Shown piece by piece: positions 12,326-23,943 of a DNA stretch of 64,000 nt. This DNA is from Pristiophorus japonicus. Lineage: Eukaryota. Position 1 is the first letter of the stretch. Each line of letters starts with the position of its first letter. The translations under genes and the position numbers were made by a program. Under the pieces are notes generated by a model. It was not told where the DNA came from. It was given only the letters and a program-made list of their open reading frames with translations, and did not search any database. The stretch is from NCBI RefSeq assembly GCF_044704955.1, contig NC_091983.1, positions 179,986,001 through 180,050,000 of the forward strand, read 5' to 3'.

Positions 12326-13039
12326 GCTTTTCTTTCTGCACATCTCCCCTTCCTTCAGTACATCTCACACACTGTATGCCTTGCACACCATTTCTCTCCC
12401 TTTCTGTCTAGATGTTTCTGTTTCTTCCACTCTCTTCCCTTTATGTCTCACTCCTGTAGTCAGACTCCAGGACTTCGGCTATCTCATAGCTTGGGAGCAC
12501 TCATAGATCTGGTGGAAGAGGGGGCAGCTGGAGCCCGAGAGTGAAAAATCCTTTGTTAGCATCAAACAGAGGGTAGCAGAATGTAATTATCTTGCAGAAA
12601 GCAGCCACATGACACTGTTCAGTGTCATTAAAATAGATTCTGGAGTGCTTGTACAATGCATAATCTGCAAATCACAGGTTGCAGAGCAATGATAATAGAG
12701 GCAATTTTGTCGCTGGGTTAGTTCAGAATATGAACATTGCTATCAGAATGTGTATTCTAATACAAATGATTTTCACAGCCATCATAAAATCAGCTACTGA
12801 AAGATGAAAAGAGTGCATTAGGAGAGAGCAAACAAGATGTGCCTTTTTCATTCAGAATGACCAAGATGAAGTTTGTTTTTATCTTACAGAACGACAGGGT
12901 GTTTGCATAGTATATGATTAATGTGTTGAGGTTCTTTATTGCACTATTTCTCTAGTCTTTAAATCTTTCACCCATATTTTGGCACCTTCATTCAGATTTG
13001 GTAACAACAATCCTGCACCTTTCATGAATGGCACCCTAC

Positions 13040-13150
13040 AAATAACCAGGTTTATTAAATTTAATTTCACAACTTGCTATGGTGAGATTTGAATTCATGA
13101 CCTCTGGCTTGCTCATCCAATACTGTAACATTGGACTCCCATAACCGTAT
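13040..13150 (-). mobile_element. tRNA-SINE head fragment
   Basis: Minus strand ...CCAGAGGTCATGAATTCAAATCTCACCATAGCAAGTTGTGAAATTAAATT (B-box-like); appears related to the SINE at 31020-31300. Confidence 0.4.
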
Positions 13151-13299
13151 ATGCTGACCAACATCTTAAGGGTGCACTGATGTAGCAACCACCAACCTAA
13201 TGCCTCTTAAAAGGAATCCATCTCAAACCATCGGTTCTCCTCTCCAGTATGGTTTCAGTCTGCTAATGAGCTATGATTGTTTTTGATAATCCTTGCAAC

Positions 13300-14230
13300 A
13301 ATAATTTGTATTTATATAGTTCTTTGCATTTAATGTAAAGAACATTCAAAGCTGCTTCATAAATAGGCAAAGAAAATTAACACCGAGGTAGGAAGTAGCA
13401 GGTTGGGAAGGTGACTGAAAGCTTGGTTGGTCTTGACAGAAGATCCTTGATGGTGAAGCAGTTTAGGGAAGGTAATTCAGAAAGTAGGCCCGACACAGCT
13501 GACATAGTGGGTGAACAATCCAACGCTTGGTGAATTCTGCTTCACAATGATGGAATGAAGGGTGAGGGGTAGGCACAGAAAGCCAGAGGCAGAGGAATGA
13601 AGTGCCTGGGTGGGCATATGGGCTGGGAGTGATAGAATGGGATGATAACATGGGAAAGATTTAAAGAGGAGAATGAGGAATTTAAACAATGCAGTGGGGG
13701 ACGGTGAGCCAATCCATGTCAGTGAGGATGGAGGATGATGGACAAATGGGACAGTGTGAGAAAGGAAACATACGGCAACCTTTGGGACATGTTGGGAGTT
13801 TATGGATGGTAGAAGACAGGCGGTCAGCAAAGACGAAATTGGAGCAGTCAAATCTGATGATGACAAAGGCGTGTATTAAGGGTTTTAAGGGTGGAGGAGC
13901 GGAGGTGGACAATGCTATGGAAATGGAAATACATGGTGTTGACGAATAGGATGTGGGGTTTAAAACTAACAAGAGTTGAACAGGATGCCAAAGACGGGCA
14001 GGGTCTGAGTCAGGAATGGGGGTGGAGTCAGTGACAGGAGTCTGAAGCTTGTGACGGCGGTCAAAGATGATGGCTTTAGTCTTCCTGATGGTGAGCTGGA
14101 GGAAGTTGTAATTCACCCAAGATATGATATCAGAGGCTGTCAAGGGTTGAGAGAGGTGGTAAAAAGGTAGGGCTGGATGGCATCAGTATACATTTCAAAT
14201 TTGAAAGAATGGATAATGTTGCTGAAGGAC
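13300..14230 (-). mobile_element. L2-type LINE remnant (RT C-terminus)
   Basis: ORF 13682-14143 contains DIISWVNYNFLQLTIRKTKAIIF...LIHAFVIIRFDCSN, like the L2 motifs WM..NFLQLN..KTE and LIHAFV.SRLDYCN. Confidence 0.75.
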
Positions 14231-16740
14231 AGGTGAGAGTGACTGCCCTTGACATCAAGGCAGCATTTGACCGAGTGTGGCATCAAGGAGCTCTAGTAAA
14301 ATTGATGTCAATGGGCATCAGGGGAAAAAATCTCCACTGGCTGGAGTCATAGCTAGCACAACAGTAGATGGTTGTGGTTGTTGAAGGTAAATCATCTCAG
14401 CCCCAGGACATGGCTGCAGGAGTTCCTCAGGGCAGTGTCCTCGGCCCAACCATTGTCAGCTGCTTCATTAATGACCTTCCCTCCATCATAAGGTCAGAAG
14501 TGAGGATGTAGTGTTCAGTTCCATTTGTAACTCCTCAGATAATGAAGCAGTCCATGCCCGCATGCAGCAAGACCTGGACGACATTCAGGCTTGGACTGAT
14601 AAGTGGCAAGTAACATTTGTGCCACACAAGTGGCAGGCATCTACAACAAGCAAGAGTCTAACCACCTCCCTTGATATTCAATAGCATCACCATCGCTGAG
14701 ACCCCACCATCAAAGTCCTGGGGGTCAACATTGACCAGAAACTTAACTAGACCAGCCACATAAATATTGTGTCAACAAGAGATCAGAGGCTGGGTATTCT
14801 GTGGCGAATGTCTCACCTCCTGACTCCCCAAAGCCTTTCCACCATCTACAAGGCACAAGTCAGGAGTGTGATAGAATATTCTCCACTTGCCTGGATGAGT
14901 GCAGCTCCAACAACACTCAAGAAGCTCGACACCATCTAGGACAAAGCAGCCCACTTGATTGGCACTCCATCCACCACCTTCAACATTCGCTCCCACTGCC
15001 ACCGGCACACTGTGGCTTCAATGTGTACCATCAACAAGATGCACTGCAGCAACTTTATTTCGATCTTTATTTCTAAGGAGAGCCAGTTAATTAAATCGGC
15101 TGTTTGCTGAGTAGTGGCTGGGTGTGATTTGCTAAGGTTTAGAGTTTGGTTCTATTCGATAGTTGTGAGTGTAACTAGAAGGATGGCAGGGCAGCTCAGT
15201 CCCGTGGATTGCACATCCTATGGCTTGTGGGAAGTCCTGGATGCTTCGCGCAGCCGGGATGACCATGTGTGCAGGTGTCGTCTCCGGCTGCACCAACTCG
15301 AGCTCCGTGTTTTGGAGCTTGAGCAGCAGCTGGCGTCACTGCGGTGCATCTGCGAGACTGAGAGCAACGTAGATAGCACGTTTCTAGAGGCGGTCACCCC
15401 ACAGCTTAAGAGTGTGCAGGCAGAGAGGGATTGGGTAACCGCCAGACAGAAGAGGAGGACTAGGCAGGTAGTGCAGGAGTCCCCCGAGTCCATCTTACTC
15501 TCCAACCGGTACTCTGTTCTGAGTGTCGGTGGGGACGATGGTGGCTCTAGGGAGCGCAGCCAGAGCCAAACCCACGGCACCACGGGTGGCTCAGCTGCAC
15601 AGGGGTGGAGGAAGAAGAATGGAAGAGCTATAGTGGTAGGGAATTCAACAGTCAGGGGAGCAGACAGGCGCTTCTGCGGCCGCCGACATGACTCCAGGAT
15701 GGTACGTTGCCTCCCTGGTGCCAGGGTTAAGGATGTCACTGAGCGGCTGCAGGGCATTCTGGGGGGAAGAGAGTGAACAGCCAGAGTTCGTGGTCCCCAT
15801 CAGTACCAATGACATAGGTAGGAAGAGGGATGATGTCCTGTAGGCAGAGTTTAGGGAGCTAGGAGAGAGATTAAAAAAGCAGGACCTCAAAAGGTAGTAA
15901 TCTCCGGATTACTCCCAGTGCCATGAGCTAGTGAGTACAGAAATAGGAGGATAGAGCAGCTGGATATATGGCTGGAGAGAGATGGTGCAGGGGGAAGGGC
16001 TTTAGTTTCTTGAGGCATTGGGACCGCTTCTCGGGAGGTGGGATCTGTACAAGCCGGACGGGTTGCACCTCAACAGAGCCGGGACCAATATCCTCATGGG
16101 GGGGGGGGGGGGGGGTTTGCTAGTGCTGTTGGGGAGGGTTTAAACTAGCTTGGCAGGGGGATGGGAACCTGAAACTAGATTCAGTAGGGAAGGGAGTAAA
16201 GCAGGAATTAGAAAGCAAAAATAAAGAAAGTGAGTTTGAAGAAGAAGGAAACAAGCAAGAAAAAGAGTAAAAAAAACAAACTTAAAGGCACTTTGTCCAA
16301 ATGCACATAGCATTTGTAACAAAATTGATGAGTTGACAGCACAAATTGAGACAAATGGGTATGATCTGATAACCATTACTGAGACGTGGTTGCAAGGTGA
16401 CCAGGACTGGGAATTAAATCCGGAAGGACAGACAGAAAGGAAAAGGAGGTGGGGTAGCTCTATTGATAAAGGATGGAAACACTGCAATAGTAAGAAACGA
16501 TATTGGCTCAAATGATAAGGGTGTTGAAACAGTTTGGGTGGAGATAAGGAACAATAAGGGGAAAAAGTCACTGGTGAGTGTAGTCTATAGGCCCCCCAAC
16601 AGTAGCAACTCTGTTGGTCGGAGTATAAACCAAGAAATAGTGGGGGCTTATAAAAAGGGAACAACAATAATCATGGGTGATTTTAACCTCCATATTGATT
16701 GGACAAATCAAATTGGTCAGGGTAGCCTTGAGGAGGAGTT

Positions 16741-17332
16741 CTGTATAGGGTATTGGTGAGGCCGCACCTGGAGTACTGCGTGCAGTTTTGGTCACCTTAC
16801 TTAAGGAAGGATATACTAGCTTTGGAGGGGGTACAGAGACGATTCACTAGGCTGATTCCGGAGATGAGGGGGTTACCTTATGATGATCGATTGAGTAGAC
16901 TGGGTCTTTACTCGTTGGAGTTCAGAAGATGAGGGGTGATCTTATAGAAACATTTAAAATAATGAAAGGGATAGACAAGATAGAGGCAGAGAGGTTGTTT
17001 CCACTGGTCGGGGAGACTAGAACTAGAGGGCACAGCCTCAAAATACGGGGGAGCCAATTTAAAACTGAGTTGAGAAGGAATTTCTTCTCCCAGAGAGTTG
17101 TGAATCTGTGGAATTCTCTGCCCAAGGAAGCAGTTGAGGCTAGCTCAATGAATGTATTCAAGTCACGGATAGATAGATTTTTAACCAATAAGGGAATTAA
17201 GGGTTACGGGGAGCGGGTGGGTAACTGGAGCTGAGTCCACGGCCAGATCAGCCATGATCTTGTTGAATGGCGGAGCAGGCTCGAGGGGCTAGATGGCCTA
17301 CTCCTGTTCCTAATTCTTATGTTCTTATGTTA
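16741..17332 (+). mobile_element. young CR1 3' fragment nested in the endonuclease region of the full-length CR1
   Basis: Host GAGGAGGAGTT|...|TATAGAGTGC (EEEFIEC) is interrupted by an RT C-terminus, 3' UTR and (TTATGTTC)n tail. Confidence 0.88.
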
Positions 17333-19304
17333 TTATAGAGTGCGTAAGGGACGGGTTCCTTGAGCAGTATGTAACGGAACCAACCAGGGGGCAGGCTATC
17401 TTAGATCTGGTCCTGTGTAATGAGACAGGATTAATAAACAAGTAAAGGATCCCCTTGGAATGAGTGATCATAGCATGATTGAATTTCAAATTCAGATGGA
17501 GGGTGAGAAAGTGGGTAAAGTGGACTGGGAAAATAGATTAAAAGGTAGGACGGTTGATGAACAGTGGTGTACATTTAAGGAGATATCTCAGGAAAAATAT
17601 ATTCCAGTGAGGAGGAAAAGGTGTAAGAGAAAAGATAGCCATCTGTGGCTAACTAAAGAAATAAAGGACGGTATCCAATTTAAAACAAGGGCATACAAAG
17701 TAGCCAAAATGAGTGGGAGGACAGAAGACTGGGAAGCTTTTAAAAGCCAGCAAAGAATAACTAAAGAAATGATTAAGAAAGGGAAGATAGACGATGAAAG
17801 TAAACTAGCGCAAAATATAAAAACACATATCATAAGTTTCTATAGGTAGATAAAAAGCAAAAGGGCGGCTAAAGTAAATGTTGGTCCCCAAGAGGATGAG
17901 ACCAGAGAATTAGTAATGGGGAACATGGAGATGGCAGTAACTCTGAACAAATATTTTGTATCAGTCTCTACAGTAGAGGACACTAACAATATTCCAACAG
18001 TGGATAGTCTAGAGGCTTGGGGGGGGTGGGGGGGGGGGGGGTGGAAGAGGTACTTAACACAATCACAAAGGAGGTGGCATTCAGTAAGATAATGGGACTA
18101 GAGGCAGATAAATCCCCTGGAACTGATGGCTTGCATCCTATGACCTTAAGAGAAGTAGCAGCAGGGATTGTGGATGCATTGGTTGTAATCTACCAAAATT
18201 CCCTAGATTCTGGGGAGGTCCCAACAGATTGGAAAACTGCAAATGTCACGCCCCTATTTAAAAAAGGAGCCAGACAAAAAGCAGGAAATTATAGACCAGT
18301 TAGCCTAACATCTGTGGTTGGGAAAATGTTGGGAGTCCATTATTAAAGAAGCAGTAGCAGGACATCTGGAAAAACAAAATTCAGTCAGGCAGAATCAGCA
18401 TGGATTTATGAAGGGGAAATCATGTTTGAAAAATTTGCTGGAGTTCTTTGAGGATGTAACGAACAGGGGGAACCAGTGGATGTGGTGTATTTGGACTTCC
18501 AGAAGGCATGTGACAAGGTGCCACATAAAAGGTTACTGCACAAGATAAAAGTTCACGGAGTTGGGAGTAATATATTAGCATGGATAGAGGCTTGGCTAAC
18601 TAACAGAGAACAGAGAGTCGGGATAAATGGTTCATTCTCTGGTTGGCAACCAGTAACCAGTGGGGTGCTGCAGGGATCAGCGCTGTGACCCCAGCTATTT
18701 ACAATCTATATTAATGACTTGGAAGAAGGGACTGAGTGTAACGTAGCCAAGTTTGCTGACGATATAAAGATGGGAGGAAAAGCAATGAGTGAGGAGGACA
18801 CAAAAAATCTGCAAAAGCACATAGACAGGCTAAGTGAGTGGGCAAACATTTGGCAGATGGAGTATAATGTTGGAAAGTGTGAGATCATGCACTTTGGCAG
18901 AAAAAAAATCAAAAGAGCAAGTTATTATTTAAATGGAGAAAGATTGCAAAGTGCTGCAGTACAGCGGGACCTGGGGGTACTTGTGCATGAAACACAAAAG
19001 GATAGTATGCAGGTACAGCAAGTGATCAGGAAGGCCAATGGTATCTTGGTCTTTATTGCAAAGGGGATGGACTATAAAAGCAGGGAAGTCTTACTACAGC
19101 TATATAAGGTATTGGTGAGGCCACACCTGGAATACTGCGTGCAGTTTTGGTTTCCATATTTATGAAAGGATATACTTGCTTTGGAGACAGTTCAGAGAAG
19201 GTTCACTAGGTTGATACCGGGGATGAGGGGATTGACTTATGAGGAAAGGTTGAGTAGGTTGGGCCTCCACTCATTGGAATTCAGAAGAATGAGAGGTGAT
19301 CTTA

Positions 19305-19409
19305 GAAACATAGAAATTAGGTGCAGGAGCAGGCCATTTGGCCCCTCGAGCCTGCACCGCCATTCAATAAGATCATGGCTGATCATTCAACCTCAGCACC
19401 CCTTTCCTG
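19305..19409 (-). mobile_element. 105-bp CR1 3'-UTR-only insertion nested in CR1
   Basis: Reverse complement of the TTTCTATG-tailed CR1 3' end; CTTA duplicated at 19301-19304 and 19410-19413. Confidence 0.85.
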
Positions 19410-20529
19410 CTTATCGAGACGTATAAGATTTTGAGGGGGCTTGACAGGGTGAATGCAGAGTGTATGTTTCCACTGATGGGGGAGACTCGAACTAGAGGGC
19501 TCGATCTTATAATAAGGGGCCGCCCATTTAAAACAGAGATGAGGAGAAATTTCTTCTCTCAGTGTATTGTGAATCTGTGGAATTCGCTAACTCAGAGAGC
19601 TGTGGAAGCTGGGACATTGAATAAATTTAAGACAGAAATAGACGGTTTCTTAATCGATAAGAGGATAAGGGGTTATGGGCAGGGAAGTGGAGCTGAGTCC
19701 ATGATCAGATCAGCCACAATCTTATTGAATGGCGGAGCAGGCTCGAGGGGCCTTATGGCCTCCTCCTGTTCCTTATGTTCTAACTCGCCATGGCTTCTTC
19801 GGCAGCATCTCGCAAACCGGCGACCTCTACCACCGAGAAGGACAAGGGCAGCAGGCGCATGGGAGCACCATCACTTGCAAGTTCCCTTCCAAGTTACACA
19901 CCATTCTTTCTTGGAAATATATCTTGGAAATATATCTCCGTTCCTTCATCGTTGTTGGGTTAAAATTCTGGAACTCCCTCCTTAACAGCACTGTGGGAGT
20001 TCGTTCACCACAAGGGCTGCAGCGGTTCAAGGTGGCGGCCCGCCATTACCTTCTCGGGGAATTAGGGATTGGCAATAAATTCTGGCCTTGCCAGCGATTC
20101 CTACACTCCATGAATGAATAAAAAAATAGAAAAATAAGTGATCCTAGGTTTTATAAATCGGGCAAGAAATATAAAAGAGGCAATGCTAAAACTATACAAA
20201 TCATTGCTCACATCTACAACAAAGTCTCTATTCTATAATCCTGGCTACAAGTATACTTTATCTACTATGTTTTTGCAGGTTCCTGTGGTCTTCCCCACTT
20301 TCTCAACTGGTTTATATTTTCTCCTCCTTCCGGTTGGCACAGGATTACTACATGCTATCGGGCTTCAGTTATTATTTTATCAAGGGTCAATTTACGTTTT
20401 ACTGTCATCCTTTAGTCTCACAGTTCCAATACAATGTGATCTCAAATGATTATGTCATGCATAATGACATAGGTACAGTGTTCAACCAAACAGTACAAGG
20501 CTCTTACAAAACCATCCACAGATGAAGTT

Positions 20530-20840
20530 TCTACTCATTTCTTTTGATCAAATCTAACTCTTTCAAATTTCAGGTTTTTACAGACTACAAAATGTTTTTC
20601 AAATTGATCTCATACTGTTTCATAAATATTCTGTCATTCTAGAATAGTTGAAAAGCACACAAAATATCTTCCATCTCCTCACCCATCAAATAAATCAGTG
20701 TGCCATTCTGATTCAGTTCTTCTTTATTATTTAGGCCTGAAGCAATTCTAAATTTTTCAAGTAGCTTTATTGATCTTTGCCATTCTGCCAGCTGACTGAA
20801 ATCAAACTTAATCATCAAGTTTGTGCAGAAATGAGCCAAT
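20530..20840 (-). mobile_element. Ty3/Gypsy gag N-terminal remnant
   Basis: FDFSQLAEWQRSIKLLEKFRIASGLNNKEELNQNGTLIYLMGEEMEDIL and downstream FERVRFDQK resemble the Gypsy gag pattern FDF..W..W..RFERFRIASGL...Q..TLIY.MG...DI. Confidence 0.7.
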
Positions 20841-20885
20841 TCTCTCTGCTTTTAAATCTTTTCTCCTACCTATTTGTAGACCTTG

Positions 20886-21631
20886 GGGCCAAAATTCAGC
20901 AGTGCAAGGAAACTGGTGCACCTACGATTTTTTCTTTGTACTGACTGCACAGATCCTTGATGCGGTCGGAAGAGCCATTTTCAGGACTTTGACATTTTTT
21001 CAGAGACCGAGAGGAAATGTGTCATAATGGGGGCAGGCCACTGACTCAAAGCCAGGCCGAGCGGCTGAATATAGGTTGGACTGGGACTCTGCCGCTGTCA
21101 ATCAGCGGTGGAGTGGTAGTGACGTCACAGCGGGTGTGCGTCACCCATGCTCTCTCCCCTCTGTTAAAGGGGAGAGATTCAGTCATTTTCTATCTTTGGC
21201 CACTGGGCCACCAGGGAGGGTTTCGGTTGGCCAGCGGCCTGACATCCAAGGGGGGGGTGCCAGGCTGCCCGGCCGAACCCAGGGGAACTGTCTTGCCGGC
21301 CAATAGGGAAGTCGGCTGGGAAAAATTAATAGATGGCGGCCACATCAGTGGGTCCTCCCCTTTAATGACTGGTGTGTGGCGGGGGATCGATTGGATCAAG
21401 CTGAATTTAGGTGGCTAAGTTTTTATTGTAATTGAAAGCGGCGGTGCACTAACTGATGACTTGCTTGCAGTGGTCATCAGCAGTGGGCACTATGGGGCCC
21501 AGGCCGAAAAATTCCCGACCTGAATTTGGGTCGGGTCGACCAATTGACCGCAAAGCAGCGGCCATTTGATTTTGACGAATGACCACCGCAAACGGGCATT
21601 AATGGATCTCTGAGACCCTGAATTTCTGCCC
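20886..21631. mobile_element. Harbinger-type MITE (GC-rich, about 750 bp)
   Basis: TIR-like GGGCCAAAATTCAG (20886) and CTGAATTTCTGCCC (ends 21631); TSD not conserved. Confidence 0.55.
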
Positions 21632-23943
21632 AATTGTCTTTTCCAAACCTTTCTCCTATCTTATCCCTGACAACATGTTTTGTTTTTCCAAGAACAACCA
21701 CTGCTACCATGATGCATTATGGGTTATTCCACAATAGACCCAGATGAACGAGATCACTAGAATATAACTTAAATTACATTTTTCCAAGTACGTTCCAGCT
21801 CGGTCATAACATCTACACATCACTCTAAACCGGATTGTACCCGCTTTCTTTATCTTTACATTAATTTAGCACTCCCTCTGCTGGCCTTTATTTACCTTGC
21901 ATATACATAACATCCCAACTAACCCGACATGTGGAAGTGAGCTTAAGGTAGGAACAGGGCTGGGAGAAGAAAAGCCAGGGAAAGGGCCCCAGTACTTGAC
22001 AAAAAAGAAATCCAGTGCTTCCCTACCCACGTGGGTCATGTGGTACCCAAAGAGCACTTGACAGAAGGATGGTGTTACCCCCTAACCAACTTGCTGGAAG
22101 GCAATGCTTATTGAATGGGCCAATGTGAAGGGCAGATGACGACCCAAGCTAAGCACTTTTAATAGTAAGTTGATTGTGAATTTCTTGAAACTGTTCAAAA
22201 TTTGTTTTAATGGTAATTAAATAGCTACCATCATTTTCTGGGCCTTGTTTACACGCAGGAATTTCTGACTTGCAAATGGGAGGTTTTCACCAACCATGTC
22301 CTTTTAAATATTATTCTTGATGACCTGTTTCAACTCCAGTAACTAAAAACCTAAACTCATCAGTGTGGTTGCATCTGCTTCTTTCAACATGCACATAATA
22401 TGTAAATCTTTCTTTCATGGTGAAGTTCAAAAGGTTAATGATGTATAACCTTAATCTAAATAAATCAGAGATGACAATACAGCCCCTTGTTCATCCAGTA
22501 GTCATTTACATTGAGGGCACGAAGAAAATTAACCCTAATATTGCTGTCTACCATTTCCATTTTGTGCAGTAACACACATCTATCCTCAGACTTTTACATG
22601 GTCGATGACTAAGTGCTCTGATAAATCACAGTCAGAGTTACAGGATGCAACAGTTCTCCTACAATTCTCTATGATTTCAGGATATCCAAGAGAGGCCAGC
22701 AAATAAATGTGACATGCTTCTTCACAAAAAGGGGGAAAATGTTTTCAAATTGAGCCAGGAACCAGCTCAAGAGCAGCATCTATCTGGAAGACCTTCAGCT
22801 TCCAGTCCAATTTTGTAGTTATACTAAAATTACTGGTCTCAGGCTCATATCTGGGGAATATGATGCTCCATGAGCAGATTTGAATACTATTGATTCGGCC
22901 TTCCTGTGGTTTGCATTGTGATAATTGAAAAACGAGCTCTCTGCATGCATTCTTGTTTCCCAGCAGTTTTAAAAAAAAATAGCCGAGGTAGCCAACAGTT
23001 TTGATTTCTCCTAGCATTAAATTTCCATGCGATCCAATGGATTGTTTGGGTACCAGTAAGACATGGCTTACACTGACTTAGTGCAACTCAAAGTGGTGCA
23101 AGACTACCTATTTGGTTTTAGTATACTTAAGAGTTTGTCATGTTACACTGACACTTTCGTAACAGTATGCACCCAAACCTGTTTTGCTTCCATGCAAAAG
23201 TGGCAATATAACTGTAGCCATTGAAAAGTACAGGATACTCGAAGATAGAACAACAGTGTAATTTTTTTTGGGGGGGGAGGGGGGAAAGAAGAGGACACGT
23301 GAATACACCTACAGAATAATATACCAACAAGCATTATTACAAGTTATTATCTGTGAGAACTGAAGTGTACCTGTAATAGCACTTTGTGGGATAGAGTGAA
23401 CTTAAAGGTGAATTATGGAAGGATCCACTGCTGGCGAGGAGACTCACTACTAGCAAGCGTGTGCTGGAGAATCGGAACAATAGTGTTATAGCCTCATCTC
23501 TGGCTCACCGTCTCATTTTGCAAAATCACCCATTTAACATAATCCTCAACTTACAACTAAAACATAAAATACTGCAGGAAGTATACCCGTTATTTCTTTA
23601 CACCTCATATTTTGTGTACGCATGCTCACCTTTCTGGAGAACGGTTTTGTTCTGGAAAAAGTAATTGCACTCCAAAACATCATTTGTTGGGTGAAACACT
23701 TTGAAATATTTTGATGGTATATTTATATACTACCTTATAACGATATTTCAAGGCACCAACCCAATCGGGACAGTACTCCCATTAAACACGTGGTATGGAC
23801 GACACTGAATCCACTGCCAATTCATGCTGAAGCCTGTCTGGTTGGCTGGGCTGATCCTCCCCCTCCCCCACTAAACTGGAGACTAATTTCACTTGACAGC
23901 TTTTCCTGGCCTCGCTCCTAACAACCTTTAATAGAAAGATTAT

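Larger units (their letters stand above)
15055..19781 (+). mobile_element. essentially full-length, inactivated CR1 LINE: ORF1 (zinc finger/leucine zipper plus SGNH esterase, about 15183-16148) and ORF2 (APE endonuclease plus RT)
   Basis: ORF1 MAGQLSPVDC...C..C...LELRVLELEQQL...IVVGNSTVRG...CLPGARVKDV; ORF2 ITETWL, VYRPP, MGDFN, SDH, KFADD; TSD AACT at 15051-15054 and 19782-19785; many frameshifts. Confidence 0.92.
14231..20127 (+). mobile_element. second CR1-clade LINE family (14231-15054 and 19782-20127), split by a full-length CR1
   Basis: ALDIKAAFDRVWHQG and [10 protein letters not shown] motifs; closely similar to 53419-55124; host junction GCAGCAACT|CGCCA is contiguous in that second copy; 3' end GGCAATAAATTCTGGCCTTGCCAGC plus A-rich tail. 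Confidence 0.85.
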
